The notes under the pieces: generated by a model
What the model saw: the letters and a program-made list of their open reading frames with translations, nothing else
Databases searched by the model: none
What the model was told of the DNA's origin: nothing
Translations under genes and position numbers: made by a program
Shown: in pieces, positions 22,873 to 36,429 of the stretch
Layout of the letters: each line of letters opens with the position of its first letter
How positions within the stretch are numbered: position 1 is the first letter of the stretch
Source: Vicugna vicugna
Lineage: Eukaryota
Length of the DNA stretch: 64,000 bases
Reading direction: 5' to 3'
Assembly (NCBI GenBank): GCA_013265495.1
Contig: MU063738.1
Span: forward strand, 744,001-808,000

Positions 22873-23350
22873 TGTTGTTCGCGGTGCAGGTCTCAACCTG
22901 TGCAAACACTGCAGCCTGCCTAAAAGGCTCAAAGCATTTATCCACCTGACTCCACACTGCACAAGTTTTCCTCTAGAGCTCTTTTCCACGGGCCCCCTTC
23001 CTAAGCACTCTTTGTTCCAGGCACAAGAACGTTAGGAGTCCCAAAGCCGGAGGAAACATCACACCCAGCAGCCCAGCAGAAGGAAGGGGACCCGCTGCAG
23101 CTGCAAAGACAAGAACTTTGCAACAATCTGTTGCCCTGTATACGATCTCTATGGAAGGCAGCACTGCCCCTTAAACTTTTATTACAAATGCCCCTGTCTC
23201 TCTCCCCAGTAGGCTCACAGTCTCAGAGGCACTGGCCCACTGTGACCTCTGCCTGGCAGAGAAATAAAGCTGCTTTTTCTACTTCGTCCAAAAGCCTGTC
23301 CTCGAGTCTCACTTCAGTCTTCGGGATCCGGAGGCCGGGTTTATGCAACA
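22873..23350 (+). mobile_element. Solo ERV1-type LTR
   Basis: TGTTG...CAACA termini, AATAAA near 23266, and a U5-like tail ctgctttttctacttcgtccaaaagcctgtcctcgag...gaggccgggtttatgcaaca. No clear TSD, so the 5' boundary is uncertain. Confidence 0.65.
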
Positions 23351-26300
23351 GGGGCATTTTCACCGGGACTTGACAGGAATGAACACAAACCCTGCCTGAT
23401 TCCCGTGGGCAGCTCCCCGGCTGTGCGTCTGAAATCTTACCTTTCCTCAGACCAAGCAGCACGTTTGCTCCGAGGCTCCCCAGGATCCTCCTCGCCCTCC
23501 TGTGGCAGACGCACCTGTGTCTCTAGCAGAGCACTCTGCCTCTAGCTGGTCCTGTCCACACGTCTCCACCAGACTGCGTCTCCCGGGGGCAGGACGGCGT
23601 CTCATGCATCTCTGTCCCTCACAGCGCATCTGTATGTGGTGGTCCTAGACAGACTTACAGACTGAAGTCCTGGCTTGTGTGACAGTCAAAATGCGTCAGC
23701 TCAGGGAAGGGTTATGGTTTTGGAGCTGCTACGTATCTGTTCTCCAAGAATGACCAGCAGTTTGCTTCCAAATAATCCTTGCTCCGGTGGGAATGCACAA
23801 ACTTTCTCTTTTTAGGACTTTTAGTTCCCTGCTTAAATTCCCCATCTATTCCAGAGTGAAAGCCACCTTTTCTCCCAGACCCTTAAAAATATTTGTAAGA
23901 AGTATCTAACAGTCCTTTCTGCCAGTTCCCACGCTTCAGTCGTCCACTGGCCTGCTCCTGCTGACTGTTCCTCTCTCGGTTGTGGTCTCCTGACTCTTCA
24001 TGAGTCTGGTAGTGTTTTACAGCACACCAGGTGTTGTGTGGGCACCGGCACCGCCTCTGCTGGAGGAGGACCGCCCCTCCCGGCCAGGCTGCTGGGGTCG
24101 AGGGCTGAGCCGGCCTCACCCGCGGCACAGCTCCGTCTGGGCTTGCTGTCACTTTGGCTGAAGTCGGTTTGGCACTGGTTCGAGTGACCTAAGGGCAGGA
24201 TTGGGCTGTCCTCCCTGGAGGGCTCAAGCCTGACCATGTGGGACCACAGCGGCCTCTCTGCGCTGGGCAGCCCGGCCGCCAGCTCGCGGGGCTGCTATGG
24301 GCTCTGGCCCGAGGTGACAGCCTCCAAGCGCTCAGGGAGGGGCCCCTGTGCTCTGCGGGGTCTTCCTCGCCCTCCGGCCTGCTCTGGGACTTCTCGGTGC
24401 TGCACTGCTGGGGGGCCCTTGCTGAGCACCCGGGGCGGGGGGTTCTCAGCTTTGCTCAGGGAGGGAAGGCCTCTGGGCAGGAGCTAGGGGTTAGGCATCT
24501 GCTGTGCCTAAGTCTCCCTTTGCTGGTCCCCGGGCAGCCTTTGGAAGTCTGTGTGCAGCCCGGCTACCTTCTCCTGACCCTCGTCTCTGCTCAGTTAACC
24601 CCCTCCCCGAGCCCCTCGAAGGAGGAAGGGCTCGTCCGCTTCTGGAGACAGCTCTGCTAGCCACTCTGCATGCTCTGCTGTCTCCTTCTTTCTTTTCTGA
24701 CTTCTGTTACGTCCCAGCTGGCTCTCGTGGTTAGGGCGGAGGGCAGCGCGCTGTGACCCTCTACCATTCCTTCAGACAGCCTAGCCCCTCAAGTGCTGAT
24801 GTAGCAAGCCCTCCATGGAGGCTGTAAGCAGAGAGCAGACCCCTCCTCCTGCTCGCCCGCCCCTCCCCAGCACAGGTACACTCGTCTCCGGGGTGTGGGT
24901 GCACCCATGTCCTCTGGAGGAGGACAAGAAGGACTGTGGGGAGACACCACCCTGTGCATGTCTGTGCGGATGCAGGACAGAGCCCGGGGCGGGGAACGCC
25001 CCCCGCTCTGGGAAGAGCACAGACACTAATGCAGCTCTTGGCCGGGACTGGCCGCCCCTCCCAGACTTCTCCCCCACGGACAGCTCCCCACACAGCGGGT
25101 CCAGCCGCTCCACAGAACTCGAGTGACCAGGGAGGCCCGCAGGCAGCCAGGGGGCCAAGGGTGTGGGCGAGCCAGCGGGAAGGGCGGATGGCCTGTGGTC
25201 ACACAAGTCCTCTCTGCTCCTCCAGTGCAGCCTGGTTCTCGGGAGTCAGACTCCAACACTGGATCGGTTTTCCTTTCATCCTGAATACATACACCCGGCG
25301 AAGCAGGAACCAAACATCGCTGGTTATTTACCACGTAACAGGAAAGCGCAAAGCACCCAAAACCTGATTTTCTCCTCTGAGAGTGGAGAAATGCCTACAA
25401 CGCAAGAGGCTGGTGTAAGAGCTGAGCTGGTTTCTTCCTTTTGGGCTGATTTTTGCCCCCAGAGTTTGTGGAGTTGGAAGCCTAGCCCTACCCCCCGCAG
25501 ACACCGAGGACGTCCAGCCGCCCACCCCGCCCACCTGGACGGACACGCGCCCAAGGCAGCAGGAAGCCCTCTGACTACACAGCGGCCCAACTTCCCGAAA
25601 CCGAGTCCCCAGACGACTCGTAAAACGCAGCTGGAGGCAGACTGGAGGCTCTCCGGTCCCCTTCACGGAGCCAACAAGGGTGACTGCACTCTAGAAGGCA
25701 GAGGACGTGGGACGGGGCGGGGTCGCCCACACACGAGTTCTGACGCTGGCTCCCTGGTGAGAGGCGAGTCTCGTAAGGAGGCTCAACGCTAAGCATCCTC
25801 TCGGGGAGCCTGACGGCGGGGCTGGAAGCGGGCCGGGCTGACCCCTACGTCCTCTTCTGAAACCCTGCACGACGTCCCCGGAGCGACGGCGGAGTTAACA
25901 CCCAGCCCCAGCTCGCCGCCTGCGGTGGAACAGAAGAGGTCAAACCACGCGAAACCGCCGAGTCTGTAGGGAGAAAACAGTTCACCACGTGGACTCCCCG
26001 GGGGTCAAGTCCAGGATGTCTCCTTTCGTGCGTGGCCTGTGCTTCTGCTACAGAAGCGTGCTCGTGGATTCCAAACTCCTGACAATGGGAAGACACTGAG
26101 TTCTGGAACCTGAGTCAAACAGCAGGGGTGATGACCTGTCCTGATCTAGGCCTCGTCTTGTCCAGGTGAACAAGGGGACACGCCTTGGACTCTTCTCGAT
26201 CCAAAGTTCCCAAGAGACCCCACCCTCCTTGTCTTTCACACTTTCTTCAGGCCCGTTCCGAGGTGAACGGCTCCAACGACAGCCAGAGGTCACCCACAGC

Positions 26301-26399
26301 CACAGCGACGTCGGGTCCTAACAGAACTGTCCGTGATGCTCCCTCTCCGGTCCCTGCAGCAGGTGAGACCCTTGCTCCCCTTCCTTACAAGGTGGTAAT

Positions 26400-26699
26400 C
26401 GCCCAGATCTGTGTAACATGGAGCCACCGGCCACTTACACACACAGACCAAGCACTGGACACGTGGCTGGTCCAAACTGAGATGTACGGTAAGGTTTCAA
26501 AGATTTAGCATGAAAAATATGTAACCCATCTTATTAGCAATTTTACTTTACATATTTAAGTGACAACATTTTAGATGCATTGCATTAAATAAAATATGTT
26601 ACAATTAACTTCACCTGCTTTGCTTCTTAAAAAAGTGTCTACTCGGAACCTTAAAAGGGTGTGTGTGACTTGTGCCGCGTCTCTGTTGGAGAGCTCTGT
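26400..26699 (+). mobile_element. hAT-Charlie MITE, MER33-like
   Basis: cacgtggctggtccaaactgagatgt...taaataaaatatgttacaattaacttcacctg...ctgttggagagctctg; AT-rich core. Confidence 0.75.
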
Positions 26700-28489
26700 C
26701 CCCAGAGGGAGCTTCTGGCCCGTGAAACTGACGCTGCTTTGAAGCGCTCGCGTCTCTCACTGCTCCAGTGGGTAGTGGTCCACGAGCTCAAGCAGCTGTG
26801 GTTTGCAGCTAAATCTTGCTCCTCCTCCTGATGTCACCAAATGTGGCAGAACTGCTGGGCACATCCGCTGGATTATTAGCCACACTCCTCAGAGAGCACT
26901 CGAGAGGTTAAAAAGGATGAGTGGCTTAAAATTTTGAAAAAAGAAAAGAAAAAACATAGATCATGGAAGAGTCAGAGTGAAACTGCGATTTTGTGACGCT
27001 CAGTTTTGAAGGCATCAAGGCCGCGGAGAGAAACCAACATGCTCCTGGAGAGTGTGGCGAAGGTCTCAAAGGCAGCAACCACCCCGCTCCCACCCCACGT
27101 GGCCGCAGCGCTTCCAGAGCACAGCGTCTGCTTCATTACATCTGTGGTTTGGCCGAGACCATGGCAAGCTGGCCTGATCCGGCCCGCGAAGCCTGGCAGC
27201 CGGAGGAAAGGATGAATTGCACAGAGAGAAAGATCTGGGGGGGAGGCGGAGAGAGGGGGCCAATGTAAATTTTTTGAGCTAAAGGTTTGCCAAGCCTTAA
27301 GGGCAAGGCTCAGCAAGGAGGAGGAACCTTACAGAACCAGGTAACCAGAGGCCGACAGGGCACTGGAGGGCGCGTCCGATTAGCGAAGTTTGCTTGGCCC
27401 CCTCAGCACTTCGGCAGCGAGCTCACGCTCCCACCCCAGCCCATGAGAAAATTAATGGTTTCAGTAACTTGTTAAAGACACTTCTTAAACTCCAGTTTGA
27501 GTCACAGAAGTATCTGATTAATTCTGCTCAACTTTCAAATGCTGAGGCTGATTTTGTGAATGGCTGCCGTAGGCTGGGGAACCCGAAAACTCAGATTTAC
27601 TTTCCACGGCTCAGCTGCATGGCAACGCTGGCCCTGTTGAAAAGTCTGGGAAAACAGGCACCACCACGTCAGGGTGTCTGCTGCAACAGCTAGGTGATGG
27701 GCTCTCACTCAGACTCGACTGGAAGACGGTGGTGGCTGACGCCACCAGTTCTGAGGAAGTTTCCTGGCGCTCAAACCCAGCTGACGTGAAAGCCAAGAAA
27801 ATTAGACCCCATGCCCTACTGGATCTTGGCCGCTCCCCAACTGTGAGAGCACCCGTTTCCACGTTGCCTTTTCCCTTTGTCACTCAGGTCGTATTTCTAC
27901 AGTGAGCACCAGAGCGGCCTGTGGCGCGGGGAGAGGGGCTGGTGTGAATGAACCCAGGCCGCTGGGCACCACCGGGGACATGAAGTCTCGGCCTCCCAGT
28001 CCACTGAGGACGTCGCAGAAATGGGAGACGTCTGTCCGCCGGGCCCCAGCCTTAGTGCACCTCAACTGGTCCTTGCCGAAGTTCCAACCACCACCAGCAC
28101 GTCCAGATTAGACCCTCCCCTTTCCCGGAGGGTCAATGTTTTTAGCGGTTGCAGTAGGGTCACCCCTTCGGTCCCAATAAAGCCTGTGCCTGGATCTGTC
28201 CAAGTGCCATCTCATCAGCGGCAAGAGTGTCTTGGGGGGCCCAGCCTACCGTCACGGAGGGCGTAGCTGGTCGGTGAGCTGGGCCTCTTGGGGTCAGACA
28301 CAAAATCCTGTGCCCGTGTGCAGTTTTCTGGTGTCCAGTCATACCTTCAGGTGCTCAAATGTCTAGGACCCAGGAAAAGTCTCAGAAATCCTCACCTTGT
28401 CTCCTAACCCCCGGCTTCCAGCACTGCCTTCCGGACACTCCATGAAATCTTTGGCCGAAGGTTAAGACAGCCTCTTACACTTGGACCGT

Positions 28490-28820
28490 CGTTGTGGACG
28501 AACTGTGTCCCCTGCAGGCCCTCAGGTTGAAGCCATAACCCCCAGTGACTGTATTCGGAGGCAGGACCTTTAGGGAGGCAATTAAGGTTCAACGGGGTCA
28601 AGCGGGTGGGGCCCCACCCAGCGTGACAGGCGCCCTCCTAAGGGGGGGCGGCACTGCAGCTGCTCCTCTCCCCGCGTGCAGAGGTGGCCCCGGGAGGACA
28701 CAGAGGAGCCCGCCCAGGTGGTGCCTTGATCTCGGGGTTCTAGCCTCCGAGACTGAGAGAACATACATTTCTGCTGTTTAGGCCCCCACCTAGCTTGTGG
28801 CACTTTGTTAGAAACCATGA
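28490..28820 (+). mobile_element. MaLR LTR, MLT1-like
   Basis: tgtggacgaactgtgtcccc...gtgactgtattcggaggcaggacctttagggaggcaattaaggtt...ctagcctccgagactgagagaacatacatttctgctgtttagg. Confidence 0.8.
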
Positions 28821-30264
28821 AGTGATGAGAATCAGCTTGCTCTTTGCTGATGCAGACACGCCCCCACGAGGCTGCACCAGACGCTGACCTCCTTCCTCCG
28901 TGATTCAGGCTGGTTTTCACCTCGGGGACGTGCTAACGTGGGGTCTTCCGTCGTGGTGCCCCAGGCCCGTACGGCCACGCCAGCCGGCCTCGGCGGCAGC
29001 GCTGGGCACAGGCCGGGGCGGAGGAAGGAATGGTCACCGAGGCTCTGACTTGGCAGCAGTCTAACCCTGGCGAGACCCCGCTTTTCGTGATGCAGCGAGG
29101 ACCTGCGTGCAGTCCTCGAGTGACACGACACACAATTACTCGGTCCTGCGAACGGCTCGGCTAGCACGTCGTGGGACCAATGGATGCAACTAGAGGAGGG
29201 GCATCAGTGCATTTGACTGGGACCCTCACGTGGGAAAGGGGAACTGCAGGGTGCTGGGCGGAGGCGGTGAGAAGGCGGGGAAGGACGAGGTGTGGGCCGA
29301 GGTGTGGGCTGGGGCTTGGGCCGGAGCGGAGGGCGGGCAAGAGTCAAGCGGGTCAGTGGAGTCTCCTTAATTAGGACCAACTGCGGCCCGGCGTGCAAGG
29401 AACTCTGACTCGGCCGGCCAGTTTGTTTGAGTTCTCTTGTTTCAGAGACGTCCCTCTGCCCTGCCCGAGCCCTGCCCCGCCTCGCCGACTTTCACAGGGG
29501 TAGGAATGGACAAAAAGAAAAAGAGATAAAAGGCATCTTCCTCTTTCTCAGATGTTTCCAAACGAGGAACTGTAAATCCTTCAGAGTAAAAGCCAACCAG
29601 GAATCTCAAGACAAGGGAAAACTCTAAGGGGTGGAGGATAACAGGCAGCCGCGGGGAGCGTGGTCCGGGGCACTGAAGACGGCCGTCCCCACCACTCTCA
29701 CACTGGAGGCGCAGCCCCCTACCCGTCCCTGCCTCACTTCCCGAGGATAAACAGGTAATTCAACACCTCGAAGCAAAATGTCTGGGAAGCTGAACGTCTG
29801 GTGAAATAATTTTGATTCTTGTGCAAAAAACAAAATCTTGACAGAAACAAACAAGTCCCAGAATTAGGGTGTCAGCTGACCAAGGACGACCTGAATCTGA
29901 GTTTCCCTGTTCTGATCAGAGGCCCGAATGAAGCTCTGAGAACAGGGCGCTTTCTGGGGCCAGCGTTTCCTTCTCTTTCTGAAGCCATCGGAGACGTCCC
30001 ATTTTACAGATTTCTGGAGAGAGGCGAAAGTACTATTTGATTTGAAATTTCATGAGATATTTCCTGCCCCTCCCCCACTCCTCACCTCACTCTTCCAGGC
30101 ACTTCCTTAGGGGTCGGGCAGCACACTTGTCCCAAATCCCCTGCTGACTCAAAGGAACCGATACAGCATGTTTGCCTTTCTGCATCGTCTTTAAACCAAT
30201 GAGGCATTACGACACCTTGAAAATGCTCTGCAATGTAGGCAAGGTTCAGGTTACGTGCCTAGCG

Positions 30265-30589
30265 CAGGGCTGGCAAATTTCTCCTGTGAAGAACCAGACA
30301 GTTGACGGGTTAGGCTTTGCGGGCCATGTGTCCTGTCGCAGCCATTCGACTCTGCCCCTGCAGCAGAGAGCAGGACAGACCACGTGGAGACAAACGAATG
30401 CAGCGACGTCTGAGATAACTGTAGGTCCGGACGAAGGGATCACGTGCCGTGAAATACTCTTCTTCTTTTAACCTTCCCCTCCAGTTCCTTAAGAACGTGA
30501 AAGCCATTCTTAATTCTTAGCTTTGCTGGCCAAACAAAAACAGGCGTAGGCGAGATCTGGCCCAGAAGGCCAAAGTTCGCTGCCCGCTG
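30265..30589 (+). mobile_element. hAT-Charlie MITE, MER58B-like
   Basis: Degenerate TIRs cagggctggcaaa / ttcgctgcccgctg; internal taggctttgcgggccat...ctctgcc and tatactcttcttctttt-like blocks. Confidence 0.8.
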
Positions 30590-33149
30590 GGCGAGACCAC
30601 ACCAAAGCGAGACGGAAAAGATTAACTCCTCAAAGCCTCGGACGTAAAGCAGCTCTGAACCGAGAGGGCCCTCTGCTCGTCCTCCCCGTCAGTGCCTTTC
30701 TGATCTAACTCGCTCAGTTTACAAGTTAAAACAAGACTTTTCTGCCAGCCATACTCCCAGCTGTTTTTGACTCAGGAAATAAAAGGGTGGGGTGGGGAGG
30801 GCGGGGCAGGGGGAGAAGAGAAGAAAAGCCCCAGGGTGGCTTGTCCCTCGCCCCACCCGCCACTGGAATCAGGCAGAGCCACAAAACAGGAGGGGATTCA
30901 AACAGGATAATTTACACAGGGTCGCCAGAAGCAAAGCCTTTTTTCGTAGAAGCACAAATCCTGCCACAGGGACGGCTGGAAGAGTCACACAGCAGCGGGC
31001 ACAGGTCCCAGCATCCCCGTGAGGGTCACGGCAGCAAGGGAGTCCCTGATAGGAACAAGCCGCCAGTCACCTTCGGATCTCCAATCAGCTCGGTTCGCAA
31101 AGCGAGGAGCAGGGGAGGTGACAGGGAGGAGCCGGGCCCTCATTCCATCCTGGGCCACAGACTCTGTGCACTCTGAGCAGCTCCGGAGGACCCGGGCCAG
31201 GCTGCTGGTGTGGGACGCTGAGCTGGCCATAAACACCTCCAGCCTGGAAGCTGCCCTCTGCGGCGCCAGAATGAGGCTTCCTACCTCGACCCTAGCCAGC
31301 GGCCCGGCGCTCCCTCTGAACACATCATCCCTCTTCGGGCTTCTCAGCATCACACTCAGCCCTCCCTCCCCAGAGTCCCTGGCCTTCCCTTATCACCTTC
31401 CTTCTCTCTCACTCCACTAAACGAGATCACTTGCCAACTTCCTAGTGTTTCTGCATAAACCAAGGAGGCCGCCTTCTTTCTGTTCACTGAGCCTCCTTGT
31501 TCGGTCAGAACCCCTGACTCAGCAGAGAGGGCAACGTGCCACCCAAGTTTCCTGTCTGTGATTGCGCTAATGCTGTCCACATTTAATCCACCCAAGAAAA
31601 ACATAACAGGGGCCGTTCAGAGGGAAAGCAGCACAGAAACAAACGCAAATTCCAAATCCTGAAACCTGAAGAGAAACGCACTGGAGTCTAATTCCCCGTG
31701 CCCGCCTGCGTGGGCACCAGCTCCCTGAACTGGCCGGCAGTGCACCCCAGAGACCCCGTGCCCTTCACACCCAGATGCCTGTGTGCGCCAAGACCAGCGG
31801 GGGACAAGCACAGCGTACGCGACAGCCCGACACCTGTCGCGCACCCAGGGAGTGCCGTCCGGATCCTTAACTTGTCTCCCTTTTCACAACGGATCCCGAG
31901 AAACCCGCGCACAGCAGACACGACTGCCCCTCCAGGAGCGCACACCCTCCCGAGACCCCGAGGGAGAAGTTCAGCCAACAGCCTTGGACGAAGAAGGCTG
32001 CACTCTCAGGCAAGCCAGAGGCAGGGCCGCACAAAAATCCTTGTCCCTTCACTAAAAATAAAGGAAAAACACCCCAGTCTGAAGAGTCATAAACAAGATA
32101 AAAGACGAAGCTGTTTTCCAGATTACGGAGAGTTCTATACAGCCGACTTAGGTCACTCTGAAGTTCTGACTCAGGGGCTCTGGCTGGATTTCTTCATTCC
32201 CACAGCTTCTGCCCATCCTCTTTATGCCCCACCCTCCTTTAAGCCCCAGACTAAAAGTGTCAGTCATGTGTGAGGGCGGGGGGGGGGTAGGAGGCCAGGG
32301 TGATAAGGTTTCTCCCCACAAAGAATCAGAACCCGAGGGCGACAAGGAACCAGAGAGGCTCATCAGCTTGTTCCCGGGGAGCTTATCCAGTGGGGACCCC
32401 GATACGACTATTTCAAAAGAGAGTCGTGAGAAGGGAGAAGAGCAAGGGCACACTTCATGACTGCACACGAGTTAATTTCTGTGGAGTTAACAATAAGGAT
32501 TTCCACTGGAACAAACCCATCCATGTGTAAGTCTGAGACTGCCTTGTGAAAGGCTGCTGCTCCCTTGCCGGCAGACGGGCTGGGATCTGACTGAGCGTCA
32601 GCTATGACTTATGTCCACCCGGGCAGACACAGCCTACACCACTCTACACCGCTGGACGTAACACAGCAGCGCCCTGCACTTCTCCAGAGCAAAGTCTGCA
32701 GCTTTACTGAACTCGAGGCTTTCTGGAAGACACCCTGAAATGATATCAGTGGGCACTGGAGGACTCTGCTTCCCATCTGTCCCCAGAAACCCTGGAGTGG
32801 AGGTGACAGCCCTGCAGCCTGCGGAGTTGGTGACGTTACCAAGTTCACTCACGGTTATCCGTCCACAAACTCGTTCAGATCAAAGCAGTTTCTCCACTTT
32901 TCCACCACCTAATGCACTGTGGAAATCCAAACAGTGATTCTCAAATGCTCGCTATTAAAAGGCTTCTTTAATATGCTCCCATTTACACTGACCCATGACA
33001 CCTTCTTTGGTTGGAAGAACATGGCTTTTACTCTACATTCTAGTGGAGATGCCAGATTTATGCTGACCCATGCATGTATTCTAATCTTATTTTCCTTTGT
33101 GAGTATCACCAGATCATTACGAAAATAACAGTAACCATATTCATACGTA

Positions 33150-33372
33150 GTATTTAAGTGTGTGTTCAAGCACTGTTACATCCATGTACAACCTCACGCA
33201 ATCTCCGTATCAGCCTGGAGTTAGACATCACCTCCACTTCACCCGTAAGAGAACAGAAATTCAAGACAAGTAAAGTCACGTGCCCGCTCCAGTCCCACAG
33301 CTGGGTTAAGAACCAGACTCAATTTAATACCAGGAGGTGTCTGACTCTAGAGACCGTCTTTAACCACTACGT
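33150..33372 (-). mobile_element. MIR
   Basis: acaacctcacgcaatctccgt...gaacagaaattcaagacaagtaaagtcacgtgccc...gtctgactctagagaccgtctttaaccactac. Confidence 0.65.
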
Positions 33373-36300
33373 AGACTATAAACACTGCCATCACGAGAGA
33401 TCACTGAAGTTAGGGGTGGTCACAGACTAGCAAAACTAAACCAGCCATTTGCTCAGATCACGAGGGAACCATTTGGCGTTGCTTCCGCGGTGCACTGCCT
33501 GGCAGCTTTCCACGTGGTGTCCCACTGGAGGGCCGGGATCACTAACTCCGCTCGGAAAGGTGGTATCCAGGTCAAATTTAATTTGAGTCTGCTCCATCGC
33601 TTTGACACCGCACCTCGAGTGACTGAGGTCAGCATTGAGAATAGTGGAAAAGAAACGGGGTTAGTCCAAGACCTCAAAGGCCTGCACGCCAAAACTCAGT
33701 GTTTCTGAAAGAGGGGCTGCCTCTGGGCAACCAGAGGAGGGGCCTGAGTGCACGAAGGCGGTAGGACGCCCAACCTGGCAGCTCCCTTCCTGCCTGCTCA
33801 CACTGCTTCCCACCCTCTGCACCGCCACACGCCTGCAGCAGTGGGTGGAGACATGAAGGGCAGCTCGTTATGACTCAGGTGCCCCAGCCTGGGGTGGATG
33901 GAGTGCTCCGTGGACCCCTGCCCACGATCTTCCACTTCTGGGAGTGCTTTGGGACCCGGTTGCCCCTGAGTGTTAAATGCAATCCCCAGGATATCGCTTT
34001 GCAAAAAAGTCTTTGTAACGACAGATAAAAATCATACACCCCTCATAGTGAGGACCAGGGACTCTGAGTGAGGCCCACAGTGGGCACTGCGCTGGGACAC
34101 CAGGCTCAGGTGGGTGCCCCTGGGGGCAAAGGGGGTGGGTCGCCTAAACTGGGAGTCAGTAGGGCCTTCCTGATGGCCGCGTCGGGAAGGACCCCGGTCA
34201 CTCTCTCCAGACCAAGTCGAGGACGGCCAGCAGCTCCAGAACTTCCCCTCCCAGTGCAAGCTTACCCACTCTGAGCCCGGCTCCGGCCCCCACACTAAGC
34301 CTCGCCCACTGTGCACGCCCCGCCCACCAGGCTCGGCCCCGCACAGAGCCCCGCCCACCGCCCACGCCCCGCCCACCACGGCTGGTCCCACGTTCCCCGC
34401 GTGTCCCCCCTGGTTTCCTCCCTTGGGCACTCACTTGCTGGTGGCACCAAAGCCGGGTCTGGGCAGGTGGCACCAGGGCAGGCCCGGCTAGACTGAGTGT
34501 GGGGATCCCAGCGGAGCCCCCGGACCCGTGCGCCCTGGAGGGAGTGGGTAACACAAGCCCACAGCAGTCTCCCAGGGCAACGGCAGAGCGCCCGGGGAGC
34601 CGACTTGGGGTGATGGCGCCTGAGGACAGCACGGAAGATGCAGACCCAGTACGAACGCAGAGGGGTCTCCACCCCACTCCAGAAGGTGGAATGAAGAGGC
34701 TGGAAGAACTCCTTCCCCTGAGGAGGTCTGGAGGAGCTGCTCTTTGGGATGCTGGGCGGGTTTCGGGCAGGGAAGACAAGCTCGGGCAGGCTGCTGGGCA
34801 GGGGTTGAGGGAGAGCGCCTTCAGTCCAGAGAGCTGGACGGGTGGCGGCCGCGGTGAGGGCCAGGGGCGGCGAGGGCCAGGGGCGGAGAGGGCCAGTCAG
34901 GGGCGGTGCCTGGACAGCACAGCACAGCAGTGCTGTGCTGAGAGCTTGCTCTTATGCCAGACCAGCTGCTGTACTTTTGACCACAGAAGGAACTCTTTGG
35001 GGACAAGAGAGAATCCTTTTCTGATCAATTACAAAGATGATCAAAGTGGAAAAGAAAAAAAGAAAAGAATTTCTCATTAGTTCTGTGCCCCTTTTCCAGA
35101 GCCCTGGAGGATGAAGTATAAAAAACACTGGATGTGTTAGGAGAGAAACCTGTTAGTCTGCAGACGGAATTTTTCTTCAGGGTGGAAATGCAGAGAATGT
35201 CTACATATGCAGTCAGCTGAAGGCAGAACGCTGAGAAAAACTAAGCAGCCAGGAAGTGGGGATTCTGAGGCCTTAAAACCAAGAACGTTTTGGAGTCTGC
35301 CCTCTTGGGCAGCAACCCAGGACGTCAGAGAGGTTCAATGTTCCGTTACCAAACAGAGAGCCCCTTGAAGAGATGAAAAATGGTTAAATAAAAACTGATA
35401 AAATGGCTTGCTCCAGAATTAACAAGGAAGTATGAAGTGTTCAGAGAACCAGGCTTTTCGAAGGCTTGAAAACATGATTGCAGCGCCAGAATCCAGACCA
35501 CCTCTACGAAGACTCGGGGACACTGAGGACTTACACACTCCTGTGCAGGCTCCGAACGAGCCCCCACTGTGCCTTTCCCCCTTCATTTTCAGTCTGTTCC
35601 TTGGAACATCTTAACTTTTAGAGGCAACTTTTAACTCTTCAAAGGCTACTCTTTCATGCGGGAGCTTTGCTGCCCACCCTCTATAATTTAAAAAACAACC
35701 CCAAGCCAAAACCCAAAAAGCCCTTCTTCCTTCTAGAAGCCCCTTCCCCATTTCAGGTACTAGGAGTATGTTCTCTTTAACGGTTTCGCCTTCGCGGTGC
35801 TTCCCCACAGATGGGAACTCATGGACCTAGTATGGCAGCTGCCGGGTTGCACCACCCACACCACCAGGACGCTTGTGCTACTGCAGTCAGACCAAGAATT
35901 CAAACACTTCCGCAGCCTGCGTGTGGCCCAGAAGCCAGAGTCGTCCCCGATCTGCAGTCATTACTGCCCCTGCACGAGGACGGTAAAAGCGAGTGAGCCG
36001 AAAGCAAGCCGCCCTTTCGTCACCTTGAGGGGTTTTATCCTTGCTTATGCAGAAGACTTCATTTTAATTTTCCTAGGATAAGATTTTTGGGTTTTTTTAT
36101 CAGCTCTTTCCAGTTGGTTAAGAGCAGCTGAAGTGTAGTATGCGCAAGGCACAGCACGCAGGCAAGACAGCAGGGCGGGCCGCCTTCACTTTGCCTTCTC
36201 ACTGATGTCTGAGGGCACTGGCTTCTCTGAAGCGTTCTCTCACAGTATCTAAAGGTGTTCCTCTGTTCCTGACTGGCTTTGTTTTTTTTAAACATTATAC

Positions 36301-36429
36301 CTGATACTACATTTTCATTAACACTCTGGTAAAATTCCACTGTAAGAAACGAATTATTTCATTTTGAGAGCCCATTATAAATACTGAATGAAATGGAGTC
36401 TTCCCCCATTTAAAAAAAGTAGTCAGGTT

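Noticed and set aside
27408-27418. cttcggcagc match to the U6 snRNA 5' end
   Set aside because: Only about 10 nt match; the flanks do not continue U6.
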